Assembly: GCF_009914755.1 (NCBI RefSeq)
Contig: NC_060933.1
Length of the DNA: 64,000 nucleotides
Source: the human T2T-CHM13v2.0 reference genome, Homo sapiens
Strand: one strand, 5' to 3'
Part shown: positions 1-17,027 of the stretch, one piece after another
Layout of the letters: each line of letters begins with the position of its first letter
Position numbering within the stretch: position 1 is the first letter of the stretch
Translations under genes and position numbers: made by a program
Notes under the pieces: generated by a model
Told to the model about the DNA's origin: nothing
The model's input: the letters and a program-made list of their open reading frames with translations, nothing else
The model's database searches: none

Positions 1-224
1 AATAAAATTGGAAATCAACTGCAAAAGAAACCCTCAAAACCATGCAAACATATGGAAATTAAATAACCTGATTCTGAATGATTGTTGGGTTAACAATGAA
101 ATCAAGATGAAAATTAAAAAATTCTTTGAACTAAACAGTAATAGTAACACAGCATATCAAAACCTCTTAAATACAGCAAAAGCAGTGCTAATGGGAAAGT
201 TGATACCATTAAATCCTTACATTA

Positions 225-596
<372 letters not shown>

Positions 597-3500
597 TCAC
601 AGAACTGCAGAAACAAGGACAAACCAAACCCAGTAGAAGAAAATAAATAATGAAGATCAGAGCAGAACTAAATGAAACTGAAACCAAAAACATACAAAAG
701 ATAAATGAAATGAAAATTTGGTTATATGAAAAGATAAATAAAATTGATAGACCATTAGAGAGACTAACTAAGAAAAGAAGAGAGAAGATCCAAATAAGCG
801 CTGTTAGAAATGAAATGGGAGATATTACAAACTATACCACAGAAATACAAACGATTATCCAAGGCTGCTATGAACACCTTTACATACATAAATGAGGAAA
901 CCTAGAGGAGATGGATAAATTCATGAAAATATGCAACCCTCCTAGATTAAACCAGGAAAAGATAGAATCTCCGAACAGACCAATAACAAGCAGCCAGATT
1001 GAAATGGTAATTTAAAAACAGCCAACAAATTAAGTCCGGGACCAGATGGATTCACAACTGTATTCTATCAGACATTCAAAGAAGAATTGTTACCAATCCT
1101 ATTGACACTATTCCACAAGATACAGAAACATGGAATCCTCCTTAAATCATTCTATGAAGCCAGTATCACCCTAATGCCAAAACCAGGAAAGGACATAACA
1201 AAAATTAATAAATAAAATAAAGAAAATTACAGACCAATTTCCCTGATGAACATAGATAGAAAAATCCTCAACAAAACACCAACAGCTTATCAAACCTAAC
1301 AGCATATCAAAAAGATAATCCAGGTTTCATACCAGGGATGCAGGGATGGTTTAACATCCACAAATCAATAAGTAAAATTCACCACATAAAGAGAATTAGA
1401 AACAAAATTCACAGGATCATCTCAATACACGAAGAAAAAGCATTTTACAAAATCTGGCGTCCCTTTATGATAAAAACTCTGAGCAAAATCAACATAAAAA
1501 AAGACAAAGTAATAAAAGCCATCTATGACAAACCCACACTCAACATTATACTGAATAAGGAAAAGCTGAAAGCATTTCCCCTGAGAACTGGAACAAGACA
1601 AGGACGCCCACTTTCACCACTTCTATTCAACATAGTACTGGAAGTCCTAGCCAGAGCAATCATACAAGAGAAAGAAATAAAGGGCATCCAAATCAGTAAA
1701 AAAGAATTCAGACTGTCATTGCTGATGATATAATGGTATACCTAGAAAGCCCTAAAACCTCATCCAAGAAGATCCTAGAACTGGCAAATGAATTCAGTAA
1801 AGTTTCAGGATACAAAACTAGTGCACACAAGTCAGTAGCTCAACTATATACCAACAGCAACCAAGATGAGAATGAAATCAAGAACTCAACCCCTTTCACA
1901 ATACATGCAAAAAAAATGAATAAATAAAATACTTAGGAACATACCTAACCAAGAACATGAAAGACCTCAACAAGAAAAACTACCTAACACTGCCAAAAGA
2001 AATCATAGATGACACAAAGAAATTGAAACACATCCCATACTCACGGATAGGTAGAACCAATATTGTGAAAATGACCATATTGCCAAAAACAATCTACAAA
2101 TTCAATGCAATTCCCATCAAAATACTACAATTCTTTTTCACAGAATTAGAAAAAACAATCCTAAAATTCATATGGAACCAAGAAAGAACCTGCATAGACG
2201 AAGCAAGACTAAGCAAAAATAATAAATAATAAATCTGGAGGCATCACATTCCCTGACTTCCAACTACAACAGAAGGCCATAGTCACCAATACAGCATGAT
2301 ACTGGTATAAAAATAGGTGCATAAACCAATGGAACAGACCAGATAACCCAGAAATAAAGCCAAATACCTGCAGCCAGCTGATTTTTTGATACAGCAAACA
2401 AAAACATAAAGTGAGGAAAGGACACCCTATTCAACAAATGATGCTGGGATAATCGGCAAGCCACATGTAGAAGAATAAATTGGATCCTCATCTTTCACAT
2501 TGTACAGAAATCAACTCAAGATGGGTCAAAGATTTAAATCTAAGACCTGAAACCATACAAATTCTAGAAAATAATGTCGGAAAAACCCTTCTAGACATTG
2601 GTTTAGGTAAAGACTTCATGACCAAGAACCCAAAAGCAAATGCAACAAAGACAAAGATAAATAGATGAGACTCAATTAAACTAAAAAGCTTTTGCACAGC
2701 AAAAGAACTAATCAACAGAGTTAACAGACAACCCACAGAGTGGAAGAAAATCTTCACAATCTATACATCCAACATAGGAATAATATCCAGAATCTATAAA
2801 GAACTCATGCAAATCAGCAAAAAAAAATAATAAAAAAATGATCTCATCAAAATTGGGCTAAGGACATGAATAGATAATTCTCAAAAGAAAATCTATGAAT
2901 GTCCAACAAAGATTTAGAAAAATACTCAACATCACTTATTATCAGGGAAATGCAAATCAAAACCACAAAACCACAATGGGATACCACCTTATTCCTTCAA
3001 GAATGGCCATAATCAAAAAATCAAAAAAATAATAGATGTTGGTGGGGATATGTTGAAAGGCAACACTTTTACACATTGATGGGAATGTAAACTAGTACAA
3101 TCACTATGGAAAGCAGTGCGGGAAGTCCCTAAAGAACTAAAAGTAGATCTACCGTTTGATCCAGCAGTCCCACTACTAGGTATCTACCCAGACAGAAAGA
3201 AGTCATTATATAAGATACCTGCACAAGCATGTTTATAGCAACACAATTTGCAATTGCAGAAATATGAAACTATCCCAAATGCTCATCAATCAATGAGTGG
3301 ATATAGAAAAAATACACACACACACACACCCCATAGAATACTACGCACCATAAAAAGAAATGAAATAATGGCATTCACTGAAACCTGGGTGGAACTGAAG
3401 ACTGTTATTCTAAGTGAAGTAACTCAGGAATGAAAAACCAAACACCATACGTTCTCACTCACATGTGGAAGCTGAGCTATGAGGACGCAATGGCATAAGA

Positions 3501-3648
3501 ATGATACATTGGGACTTTGGGGACTCCAGGAAAAGGGTGTGGGTTGGCAAAGGGCAAAACACTACACATTGGGTAAAGTGTACATTGCTCAGGTGATGGG
3601 GGCAAAAACATCTTAGAAATCACCACTAAAGAACTTATTCATGTAGCT

Positions 3649-3947
3649 GGCCAGGCGCAGTGGCTCATGTGTCTCAGCCCAGCACTTTGGGAGGCTGAGG
3701 TGGGTAGACCACTTGAAGTCAGGAGTTCAAAACCAGCCTGGCCAACATGGCAAAACCCCGTCTCTACTAAAAATACAAAAAAATTGCTGGGCATGGTGGC
3801 TGCTGCCTGCAGTCCCACCTACTCGGGAGGCTGTGGCAGGAGAATCGCTTGAATTTGGGACACAGAGGTTGCAGTGAGCAAAGATCATACCACTGCAGTC
3901 CAGCCTGGGTTATGGAATGAGGGTCTATCTCAAGGAAAAAAAAAAAC
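3649..3947 (+). mobile_element. Alu (AluS/J) inserted in the L1PB 3'UTR
   Basis: Alu dimer; imperfect TSD aacttattcatgta / aactttttcatgta. Confidence 0.93.
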
Positions 3948-4024
3948 AAAACTTTTTCATGTAATCAAACACCAGCTGTTTTCCAAAAACCAATTTAAAT
4001 AAAAAAAAATTAAAAAAAATAAGA

Positions 4025-5016
4025 AACCATCACCGTCAATAGAGTAAACAGACAACCTACAGAATGGGAGAAAATTTTGCAAAGTATGCATCTGGATAAA
4101 AGTCTAATATCCAGCATCTATAAGGAACTTAAAAAGTTACAAGAAAAAAACAAACCACCTCATTAAAAAGTGTGCAAAAGACATGAAAAGATACTTCTCA
4201 AAAGAATACATACATGCAGCCAACAATCATTTTAAAAAGCTTAACATCACCGATTATTAGAGAAATGCAAATCAAAACCACAATGATATACCATCTCACA
4301 ACAGTCAGCATGATTATTATTAAAAAGTCAAAAATAACTGACGCTGGCAAGTTTATGGAAAAGAAACACTTTTAATCTGTTGGTGGGACAGTGAATTAGT
4401 CTAACTATTGTGGAAGATAGTGCGGTGATTCCTCAAAGACCTAGAGACACAAATGCCATTTGACCCAGCAATTCCATTACTTGGTATATACCCCAAAGAA
4501 TATAAATCATTCTATTATAAAGACACATGTACGCATATGTTCACTGCAGCACTATTCACAATAGCAAAAACATGGAATCAACCTAAATGCCTATCAATGA
4601 TAAACTGGATAAAGAAAATCTGGTACATGTACACGATGTAATGTTATGCAGCCATAAAAAAGAATGAGATCATGTCCTTTGAGGGACGTGGACGGAACTG
4701 GAGACCATTATCCTTAGCAAACTAACACAGGAACAGAAAACTGAATACCATACATTCTCACTTATAAGGGGGAGCTAAATGATGAGAACTGATGGACACA
4801 TAGAAGGGAACAACGAACGCATACTGGGTCCTACAGCAGGGTGGAGGGTTGAGGCAGGGAGAGAGGATCAGGAAAAATAACTGGTGGGTACTAGACTTAA
4901 TTCCTGGATAATGAAATACTCTGTACAACAAACCCCCATGACACATGTTTACCTATGTGACAGACCTGCACATCCTGCATATGTACCCCAGAACTTAAAA
5001 TAAAAGTTAACAAAAA
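4025..5016 (+). mobile_element. 5'-truncated L1PA13/14-like element (ORF2 end plus 3'UTR)
   Basis: ORF 4453-4641 is the ORF2p C-terminus (PFDPAIPLLGIYPKE). 3'UTR 'gagaggatcaggaaaaataactggtgggtactagacttaa...gaacttaaaataaaagtt'. Confidence 0.85.
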
Positions 5017-5019
5017 GAT

Positions 5020-6670
<1,651 letters not shown>

Positions 6671-6678
6671 ATTGTCAC

Positions 6679-7422
6679 GACATTAGTCCATTGTTTTCTC
6701 TCTAAAAGAAAACACTTGAGGCTGGGTAATTTATAAAGTAAAGAGGTTTAATTGGCTCATGGTTCTGCAAGCAGCACAAGCATGGCACCGGCATCGACTC
6801 AGCTTCTAGTGAGACCTCAGAGAACTTTGACTCATGGCAAAAGGCAAAGTGGGACTAGGCATATTACATAGAGAAAGAAGGAGCAAGAGAGATATGCAGA
6901 GTAGCCAGGCTCCTTTAAACAACCAGCCCTCTGGTGAACTCAGAGCAAGAACTCACTCAGTACCATGAGGAGGGCACCAAGCCATTCATTCATGAGGGAA
7001 CCACCTCTATGACTCAAACATTTCCCACCAGGCCTCACCTCCAACACTGAGGATTAGATTTCTTTTTCTTTTCCTTTTTTTTTTTTTTTTTAGACGGAGT
7101 CTTGCTCTGTTGCCCAGGCTGCAGTACAGTGGCATGATGTCAGCTCACTGCAGCCTCTGCTTCCTGGGTTCAAGCAGCTCTCCTGCCTCAGCCTCCCAAG
7201 TAGCTGAGATTACAGGTGCCTGCCACCATGCCTGGCTAATTTTTGTATTTTCAGTAGAGACGGTGTCTTATTATGTGGCCAGGCTGGTATCAAATTCCTG
7301 ATCTCGTGATCCCCCCACCTTGGCATCTCAAAGTGCTGGGATTAGAGGCATGAGCCACTGTGCCCAGCTGGGGATTACATTTCAACATGAGATTTCGAGG
7401 GGGAAATCATTCAAACGATATG
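6679..7422 (-). mobile_element. MST (MSTB-like) ERVL-MaLR solo LTR, split by an Alu
   Basis: 'attagtcc...ggctgggtaatttataaag...aagaggtttaattggctcatggttctgca' and 'ggattacatttcaacatgagattt'. Confidence 0.85.
7062..7369 (-). mobile_element. Alu (AluS) inside the MST LTR
   Basis: Poly-T followed by reverse Alu; TSD ggattagatttc / ggattacatttc. Confidence 0.95.
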
Positions 7423-9094
7423 AATCTCCAAAATGACCCAGTGGGTAAATAAAATCTGTTATATACAATGGGACATTATTCACTCATAAAATGGAATGTA
7501 GTCTAGATACATGCTATTAGGCAGATAAACCTTGAAAACACTGTACTGAAGAATATGGAAGTAGGCTTTATAGTTATTCCTATTGGTTTGTAGACAAACC
7601 CAATGCTCTGTCAGTCTAATCAGCTTTCCCAAAATACACAATTAGCAAGGAGCAGAGCTGTCTTCTGTTTCACATCGCTTGCACTTTCCTACACGTCTCA
7701 TTGTGAAATCACACCTTCCTTTTAAAATTTTTCTTAAGAAAAATTCACTGAGTGTCCTAATTTTGGAATGTCTTATCTAAAGTTGGTGAAGATAGTAAGA
7801 CAGTATATTAAATGGGTGAGTTGTAGAGCACTGGTAAAAGTTTGCTCTAGGTGTAAAGGTACAGAAAGAAATAGAATACAAACATATTCCTTGGATGCCA
7901 CAAGATATAGACTTTAGAGCATTGATTAGACTTAAGGACTGATACAGAATCTCTCATAGCCTAACGGTGTAAAAGGCAGCAAGCCCACATTTCTAAGTAT
8001 CTTTAATATGTATTGATGCCAACATTGCAAGCGCTACAACAATCATCAAAATTGTGGCCTATCTCTATGGGGAAACAGAGAGCCAGTGCGTAGCTATGTC
8101 CACTCTCTTATGCCTTTTATATATCCTTGATACTAACTTATTCATCATTTTGATAATAAGCCAAGATGAAGCAGCTTTGAAATTAGGCCAAGTTCTCATA
8201 TTTACTAATCTGAAAATGCTTGATCACTTGGAGTTGTTTAGTCAGTTTTATTTCAACTCAGAAATCACTCGTGTTTACAATTCTGACTGCAGAGCATCTT
8301 TCAGAACAAGTAACTATTCAGGTGAGATTGATTATGAATTAGAACCGTACTATTTGTATGTCTGGTGTAGTGAATGATAGGAGCAAAGGATAAGTGGAAG
8401 ACATCTTTTTCCACTGTGTTCACAAAGCAGGGAAACTGTCAAAAATAAATTGAAAACAAAATTTCTTCCAATTTTGCTTTGAGGAAATTGGACAATGAAT
8501 ATTCATTGACAATAAAAATTGAGATGTTTGCCCAGATCCAAGATAAATATTGGTTCTTCAATCTAAAGTAAAAAGTATTAATAGTGTTTTAACCTTTCTG
8601 AATGAAAACACCAGCAAAAAGAAAAAAGAAAAAAACAGTCTGTCTGGATTCTGGAAACAGCAGTATAATCAGTGCTTGATGTGATCTCCTTTATGTCTAA
8701 GTGGCATAAATTAAACATTTTCCATTTGTGTCTCTTACAGAGGTTTAGAATGTTCCTGTCCTGAATACTGATTTCTAACAAGTTGGAAATGTAGACCTGA
8801 CAATGTCGCGGAACACTCGCAGTTTGAATGTGTGCTCAGACATATATTCTGTTAATAATCTCAATTGAATTCATACAAAGGAGAGAAGAATAGATAAAAC
8901 TTCATCACTCTTATTTTCTTGGCTCAAAAATAATTTAAAATTTCCCAAATTGGCTCCCACTAATGGAAAATACAAATATGTGTAAGAAAAATTGAGATTT
9001 TTGTGTTAAGCAATAATGTATCTGCTTACTATTGCTAAAAAGTCACAGCTGTGTAAAATCTTAATAAATATCTCCACTATTTTTTCCTCCAAAG

Positions 9095-9184
9095 GAGGCT
9101 AGTGATGCTGAGTGCTTGCCATGAACATTCAAGAACATGAACATTTTACTGTACTTGGATCCAAGTGGCATATCTGGAAATAAG
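9095..9184 (+). other. Candidate 90-nt exon, probably non-coding
   Basis: tcttaat branch-like motif, acceptor tttttcctccaaag|G, donor AAG|gtaagt; stops in all three frames. Confidence 0.35.
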
Positions 9185-9639
9185 GTAAGTAATCAAAGAG
9201 GCAGGGGAGATGTTTATATTTCCACCTTGCTGTTACTGCATTTTCACCATCTTCCTAACCTTCATGCTAGTCTCAATTCATGACACTTAATCACATCCTG
9301 TTGACAGATGGTTTGCTTTTGTTGTTGCTGTTATTATTTATAATGATCATTCAAAACTATTAGAAAGGAATTCATTGTATCAGTTATAAACAGGCACTCA
9401 TTCATTCAATAGTTTATTAGTCTTACCATGTATCAGGCAAAATGCTGGGCAAATGAACACTTCACTGAGGAAAACAGAACCTTTCTTGACTGCATTCGTT
9501 CATTAGTTACATCAATGATGTTTTTGTTTCATTTTTGGATAAAACATTTTGATTTTTAAGAGCTATGGGAGAAAAAGGAAAAGGGAATCATTCATTCCAT
9601 GCATCCATCTGCAGAGACAATAAAGAGCATTATTCTAAA

Positions 9640-9930
9640 CTTTCTTCTGCCAGTTAACAGGTAATGTAAACCTTGGATAAATTATAAAATCACTTAGTTT
9701 CACTTTTATCACTGTAAAACTGGCATAAAAATAGGAGTAATTTCAGGCCCCTGGAATTGTAGTGACACACACACACACACACACACACTCACACACACAC
9801 GGAAAAAACAAACCAAAATAATAGTAGTGACATCTAGGTTTTTCTGTAAGGATTGAATGAGCCAATGCATGTATAGTGCCTAGACGTGTGTCTGGCATAC
9901 AGTAAGTACGAATATTTTAGCTAATATTAT
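9640..9930 (+). mobile_element. MIR fragments flanking a (CA)n microsatellite at 9765-9800
   Basis: 'aaccttggataaatta...tttcacttttatcactgtaaaactgg' and 'gtaaggattgaatgagccaatgcatgtatagtgcctag...tctggcatacagtaag'. Confidence 0.65.
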
Positions 9931-11086
9931 TCACCTATTAAAATATTCTTTATATATCTGTTATATATCTTCATATTCTAGGTAAAAAGGCTAATAGTAA
10001 TTATCCTAACCTACTAATTAATTACATGAGTTAATTAGCTAATTAGACAGTTTGCCTAGTTCTTCATACATTAATTTACTTCATCCATAATAGAGTGGGA
10101 CGCATTGTTATTTTCATTTAGAAGTGAACTGAGACATGGGAAAATTAATCAGGGAGCAAATATTCGAACCAGGGTTTTGTGATTTTTAGATCCAGATTAA
10201 GATAATGATATGCCCCCACTGAATCTTAGTCAAAGGTTAGTAAGATAAAATCCTAGAAGAGTCAGTCTTCTGCAGGGTAAAAAAGAAAAGTAAATAATTG
10301 TGCAGTATGATAACTATAGTAAGAGTATATTCACAAGGTGTTTTGGGAGCACAGAACACATAGGGATTACATTGTTTTTCACTGGGGCTTGGATGGCCCT
10401 TGGGTTCGGGGATTATGTTTCAGCAGAGTACACAAAATTATGTCAAATAAAACATTAGACTTAATATTCAGCCTATAGATAAAAAAATAAATAATCCAGT
10501 GTCTCTGTGTCATTAAGTAGTCAGAGATGATATTTTTGATAACACAAGTAGCAAGATAAAATATTCTAATTAGTGGAGTAATTGAATAAATGCTGCCTGA
10601 GTGGTCATTTTTCTAAGTGGTACAGTTTCATATTATATTATTTCACCCAGCTCACTCCAGCATTTCAATCATGCTGGATTCAAGCATGCTCTTTTGGCCA
10701 GCACTGCTCGCACATTACTGTTATCTCATACTTGCATCATTTCATAAATTTGCAAATTATCCTGGTTGCAGCTATGGACCCCTTTCATTCAGCACAGCCA
10801 GGGTGACATTCCTAAAATGTAAATCTGTTCACATTCGCTTATAACTTAAAAATATAATAAAAATATCCCCCCCCCCACTTGTCTACAGAATAAAGTCTCA
10901 TCACTCCAGTGGGATCATCTTTCCCTTTCCTATCTGTTCAAATTTATCTCCTTTTATGACACACATACACCTTATATTCCACTCATAGCAAATTTAGTTT
11001 CTAAAATGTTGAACCTGTCATCACCCAGGTCAGTGCAGGGAATATAGCAACTGATAAATATTGTTGACTGAAGGGACAGAAAGAAG

Positions 11087-11412
<326 letters not shown>

Positions 11413-11949
11413 TCACAACCATCAGAGCCCCCTCTACCTCAGCGAAGGAGAAACTGAGGTACATTTTAATTACTACTACGCCCTGAAACAAACTTCTAGA
11501 AAGAGCAAATATTTACTTTTTTAAGGTAGAACATAATTTTTTCTTACCATAAATGACTTCTCTCCAAGTTGAAATACTGTCTGTGCAAATTAGGTTACTT
11601 TAGGGCTTACTCACTTGTTGCCTTTTGTTGCAAGTGATCACAGAAAAAGTTGGTTGCAGTGGACCAAGCAAATCCCTGACATTGAAAGACCTTTCATAGC
11701 ACACACTCATGAAATGACCCTTGAGTTTTTATGATAGGGAAGTGTTTCTGAAACTGCCACATCAAACGGTGCAACTTCCTATAGATATTAGGTAGCCTGG
11801 ATTTTCTTTTTTTTTTTATCTTCCAATTTATTTATGTATTTCTTCTTTCTTTCATCAATGCTTTATAGTTTTCAGTATATAACTCTTTCATCTCCTTGGT
11901 TGCCTATTCCTAAGTATTTTAATTATTTATGTTATTGTAAATGGAATTG

Positions 11950-12052
11950 TTTTTTATTATTATACTTTAAGTTTTAGGGTACATGTGCACAACATGCAGG
12001 TTTGTTACATATGTATACATATGCCACGTTGGTGTGCTGCACCCATGAACTC
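11950..12052 (-). mobile_element. About 100-bp L1PA 3' terminus next to an older L1M fragment (about 11820-11950)
   Basis: 'ttattatactttaagttttagggtacatgtgcacaacatgcaggtttgttacatatgtatac...ggtgtgctgcaccc'. Confidence 0.9.
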
Positions 12053-13069
12053 TCTGTTTCTTGGACTTGTTTGTATTCTGTTCTAAGATGCGGTATAGCA
12101 TAGTGGTTAAGCCTGGTATCTAAACCAGTTAGCTGGGTTGTAATGCTGCCCTGTCATGTGCCAACAATATGAACTTGGGAAGGTTTAACACTCTGAGTCT
12201 CAATTTACTCACTTATAAAGTTGGGACAACAATGGCATTCATTCTTTACTATTGCCTGAAATATAGTTATTGATCATGAAGAGCAAGCTATTTTTATCTT
12301 CCCCTTGCAATTATACAAAAACAGGTACCCAGCACATCAGATTCAGTCTTGCGCATAAGGCCACGTCTGGGGCTTGCACTCCAGAAGCACATTTTGCATT
12401 GGGACTAAGAAGAAGGTATAAACAATAACTTATATAACGTGACCAAAATTTGTGCCATGAAATATATATAAAAGTAAAGACATTTTGGGGCCAGGAAGGA
12501 AGAGACTGTCTTTGTCTTGGGAAATTCTGGTTGATACGTTTATAATAAATGATAGAACTTTAAAATATTTGGATATAAAGAGGAACAGCATTCCATGCAA
12601 AAAATATGTATATATATACAATATATAATATTATGAAAAATACGCACACACACAAAGATCCAAAGATTGGAACTGTCAGGAAGGGTCTAGAAAACAGTGA
12701 TCAAATTTGGCTGAAACAAAAGGAAGAAGCAGGGATGCTGCAAGGACTAGAGGTTTATCATGCAGGTTTTAAAAGCAGGTACTTCAGAATTAAGTAAAGA
12801 TTGGAATTGAGTTTATATGCTAACTAGCTTTATGGACCCAAGCAAGATATGTATTGTCTCTGCCTTATTTCCCTATGTGAAATGTGAATAAGGTTACTGA
12901 TTTCATTTGTAAAGTGCTTAACACAATGCTTGACCTATAATTTATGAGTAAAAACCATAACACTTTCTTCTTCTCCTTTTTCATAGTTATAGAATATTTA
13001 GTCTTTTTGGTTAAAAAGTTGGAAGATTCCAGATGGAAATACATAAAACGACACAAATCTACCTATATA

Positions 13070-13595
13070 TGCTGAATATCTCCTGTTTGCCTCTGCAGGT
13101 CCACTTTTCACGTTCCCACTCCCTGCTCTGTACCCTGAGAGGCTGAAATTTATACACTGCATGAGGGTTTACTTGTCCATTGGTCATGATGCTTTGGGCC
13201 AAAGGAAGTCTTGGCATGAGATAGGAGGGAGGAAGAGGAGTTAATTCAAGGCATTGATTACCCCAGTCCCCACTCCGTTCCTCCCCATAGGTCTGCTTCA
13301 GTCTGGCAGCATCCCTTCAGAGACAGATTTCAGCTGTCAGATGACCCTCTCCTTATAGCCATTTTTGTTATTTACACTATAATAATGGGTCTTGACTTGC
13401 CAAATAAATAATATCCTTAGTCTCATCTCTTGAAGACCCAGTGTCTTAATGAAATCCTGCTATTACTGCCTTTTGGGTACAATACTATACAATGTGGTTT
13501 TTGATTGATCACATCTTTGTAGGCAGCCTTTTTATCAAATCCTCCTCAAATTGTTTTTGAGTATGTCTTCTGGTTTTTCAGGGATCCTAAATAAT
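13070..13595 (+). mobile_element. LTR33-like ERVL solo LTR (old)
   Basis: 'tatctcctgtttgcctctgcaggtccac...ccctgctctgtaccctgagaggctga' and the end 'tcctcctcaaatt...cagggatcctaaataata'. Confidence 0.65.
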
Positions 13596-14181
13596 ATATG
13601 TGAATGTATTAGAAAAATGCAATTGCATGTGTATTCAAAATAAAATGGAAATAAGAGCCATATAAAAAGGACATGATTTTTAAAAATAAGATATTTTCGT
13701 AGTGATCTGCAATTCCTTATATATTTTCAGATATTCTTAGTGTGTAATTGTATGCAAACATTAGTATGAATGATTGAAAATAAATTTTACATATTAACAT
13801 GAAGTTTGTTTTTTAAACTAAATATTTCTTTCATTTTTAATGATTGTATTTCTGAAATATATGTCTAGTTTTCTGTTTTCTTAAAGTATTTAGGAAATTT
13901 ACTTTCATTAAGGCAAGGTTTTAATTCTCTTGAGTTTAGAATTATAGAAAAAGTTAATGTGATTTTCAAATATAAACAAGCCGTCAAGTGGGCAGCATTC
14001 CTAAAGACAACACTTTCTGTTAAAACATAAGATTATAGCATATGGGCTCCTAGAACATAAAAAAATAAAAGAACATTACTAAGAATAAGTTCTGTGCATT
14101 ATGGTTAAGTTTTATTCTATGGATTTCACTTAAGTTTTCACTTTAAATATTTCTTATAAGAAAATATCACATTCAAAAATA

Positions 14182-14498
14182 GGCCAGGTGTGGTGGCTCA
14201 TGCCTATAATTCCAGCACTTTGGGAGGCTGAGGCTGGCGGATCACTTGAGGTCAGGAGTTTGAGACTAGCCCGGCCAACATGGTGAAATCCTATCTCTAC
14301 CAAAAATACAAAAATTAGCTGAGCGTGATGGCCTGCGCCTGTAGTCTCAGCTACTTGGGAGGCTGAGGCAGGAGAATTGCTTGAACCTGGGAGATAGAGT
14401 TTGCAATGAACTTAGCTTGTGTCACTGCACTCCAGCCTGGCTGACAGAGCGAGACTCCATCTCCAAAACAACAACAACAACAACAAAAATAACAACAA
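14182..14498 (+). mobile_element. Alu (AluS) with (CAA)n tail
   Basis: Alu dimer. Confidence 0.95.
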
Positions 14499-15427
14499 AT
14501 TAAAAAATAGACTAATTAGTAACTTTTATGAATAATAATCCAGAAAAATGAAGCTAGTCATTGAAATAAAGTTGTTCCCCCCCCCCACTTTCCAAGGGTT
14601 CTAGTTAGCTATCATCCATACTTTCTCAAGAGATGCAGTACCAGAAGTACACTTTATTTTTGAACCTACTTCTGCCTTTAAATACTACATCCTCTCCAGT
14701 CTGCCTTGATGAGCAAGGATCAGTAACACCTTGAAAGCATATACAAAGTCCAAAGGCTACTATGTCAACAAAGACCTAAATTCTGTTGGATAAAAAGAGA
14801 GTCCCTGCCAGTTTCATTTATCATGTTTAAAATACCTTCTTTTCATCAAAGCAAACGTTCCTTGGTTCATTGTTGTGAATGAGGAGAAAGAAGGAGTACT
14901 GCTCTGAAGTAACAGTTCGATGACAACACACCTATTTCAAAACCTGTCTTTCTATTCTGTTAGTGGTACTGTAGATTTTTCTCATGACTTTTTATCACTC
15001 TTCATTTTTTGCCTTTGTCAACTACTGATCTCATCTTGGAGGTAGATGAGATGCTTATCTGATGCCTGGGAAAAAGGGGTTTCATACCAATATGGTAAAG
15101 AAATGCTTTTTAGTCTGAGTAAAGGTTATCGTTTCCAGCTTTCCATATACCTCAAATATACTGAGTCTATACCTATACAACTCTTTAAAATTTGCCAAAT
15201 ATTAGATACTATTTCTTCTATGAGGAAGAGTAATATAAAGATAAAACAAAGGCTTTATATGAGAAAAGAAAATTAAAACGATAAAAATTTTGAACCCATT
15301 TATGAATGATCATGAAGAATTACTTTATAAACAAAAATTTTTCCGTCAAGAGAATAATTTATTATCCTGGCTTATTTATAGAGGCAAGAGCAAATAATCA
15401 TAGATGAGCTGTAAATGAAATGAAATC

Positions 15428-16031
15428 TGTATTAGTCATGGTTCTCTAGAGGGACAAAACTAACAGCATATATGTATATATGAAAGGGAATTTAGGAAGG
15501 AGAATTGACTCATACGATCCCAAGGTGTAGTCCCATGATAGGCCGTCTGCAAGCTAAGGAGAAAGGAAGCCAGTAGTGACTCAGTCCAAGTCCCAAAACC
15601 TCAAAAGTAGGGAAGCCAACAGTGCAGACTTCAGTCTGTGACCAAAGGCTTGAGAGCCCCTGGAAAACCACTGGTATAAGTCCAAGAGTCCAAAGGCCAA
15701 AGAACTTGCAGTCTGATGTTCATGGGCAGGAAGCACCCATCACAGGAGAAAGATAAAGGCTGAAATACTCAGCAAGTTAGCTTCTCCCACCTTCTCCTGC
15801 TTGCTTTTTCCAGCCATACTGGCAGCAGATTGGATGGTGCCCATCCATATTGTGGATGGGTCTTCCTGAGGAATGTGGGTGGGCATTCCTGAGCATGGGT
15901 CTTTCTCTCCCAGTCCACTGATTCAAATCTGAATCTCTTCTGGCAATACCAAGAAACACCCAGATACACCCAGAAACAATACTTTGCATCCTTCAATCCA
16001 ATCAAGTTGACACTTAATATTAATCATCACA
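15428..16031 (-). mobile_element. MLT2A2-like HERV-L solo LTR
   Basis: Minus strand starts TGTGATGATTAATATTAAGTGTCAACTTGATTGGATTGAAGGATGCAAAG and ends GACTAATACA; 5-bp TSD aaatc/gaatc. Confidence 0.9.
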
Positions 16032-16587
16032 GAATCGAAATGAAACTAAAAGAAGAAAAAAGATTATTAAGTTGTTTAACTGATTTTGTCTTTTCCTAAT
16101 TTAGGTTCAAGGAAGGATACTATGTTTTCCAAAATTAAGGTTGCCCATTTCTAACATTTCATATTTGAGGGCATGAAAATTTCTTCGTTTCTTCCTTCTC
16201 TTTTTCCTTCTCCTCGAGTGGGGCAGATATATATTTTATCATTTTGATTAAAACTATCAGATTATTTGAATGATTTAGGAAACAATAAAGAGGATAAAAT
16301 TCATAGAGACAAAATATAGCTACAAAGATGAATTCAATTTCATCAGTTGGTCAAAGTTCAAAACTCAAATTAGAGGCCCAAAGGTAATACTTAATTTCAA
16401 AGGACTACATAATGCTTCCCCTTTTCCGACACATACCATCACATTAAGAGGACTGGTATAATAGCAGATATTATAGCTAAAACATGCAATTAAAATCAGA
16501 GAAGGCAGACAAAAAGGCGAAGATGGAAAAGAAACAAAGGACAAGTGCAATGAACAGAACACAGCTAAAAAACACAAGAGATTTTAA

Positions 16588-17027
<440 letters not shown>

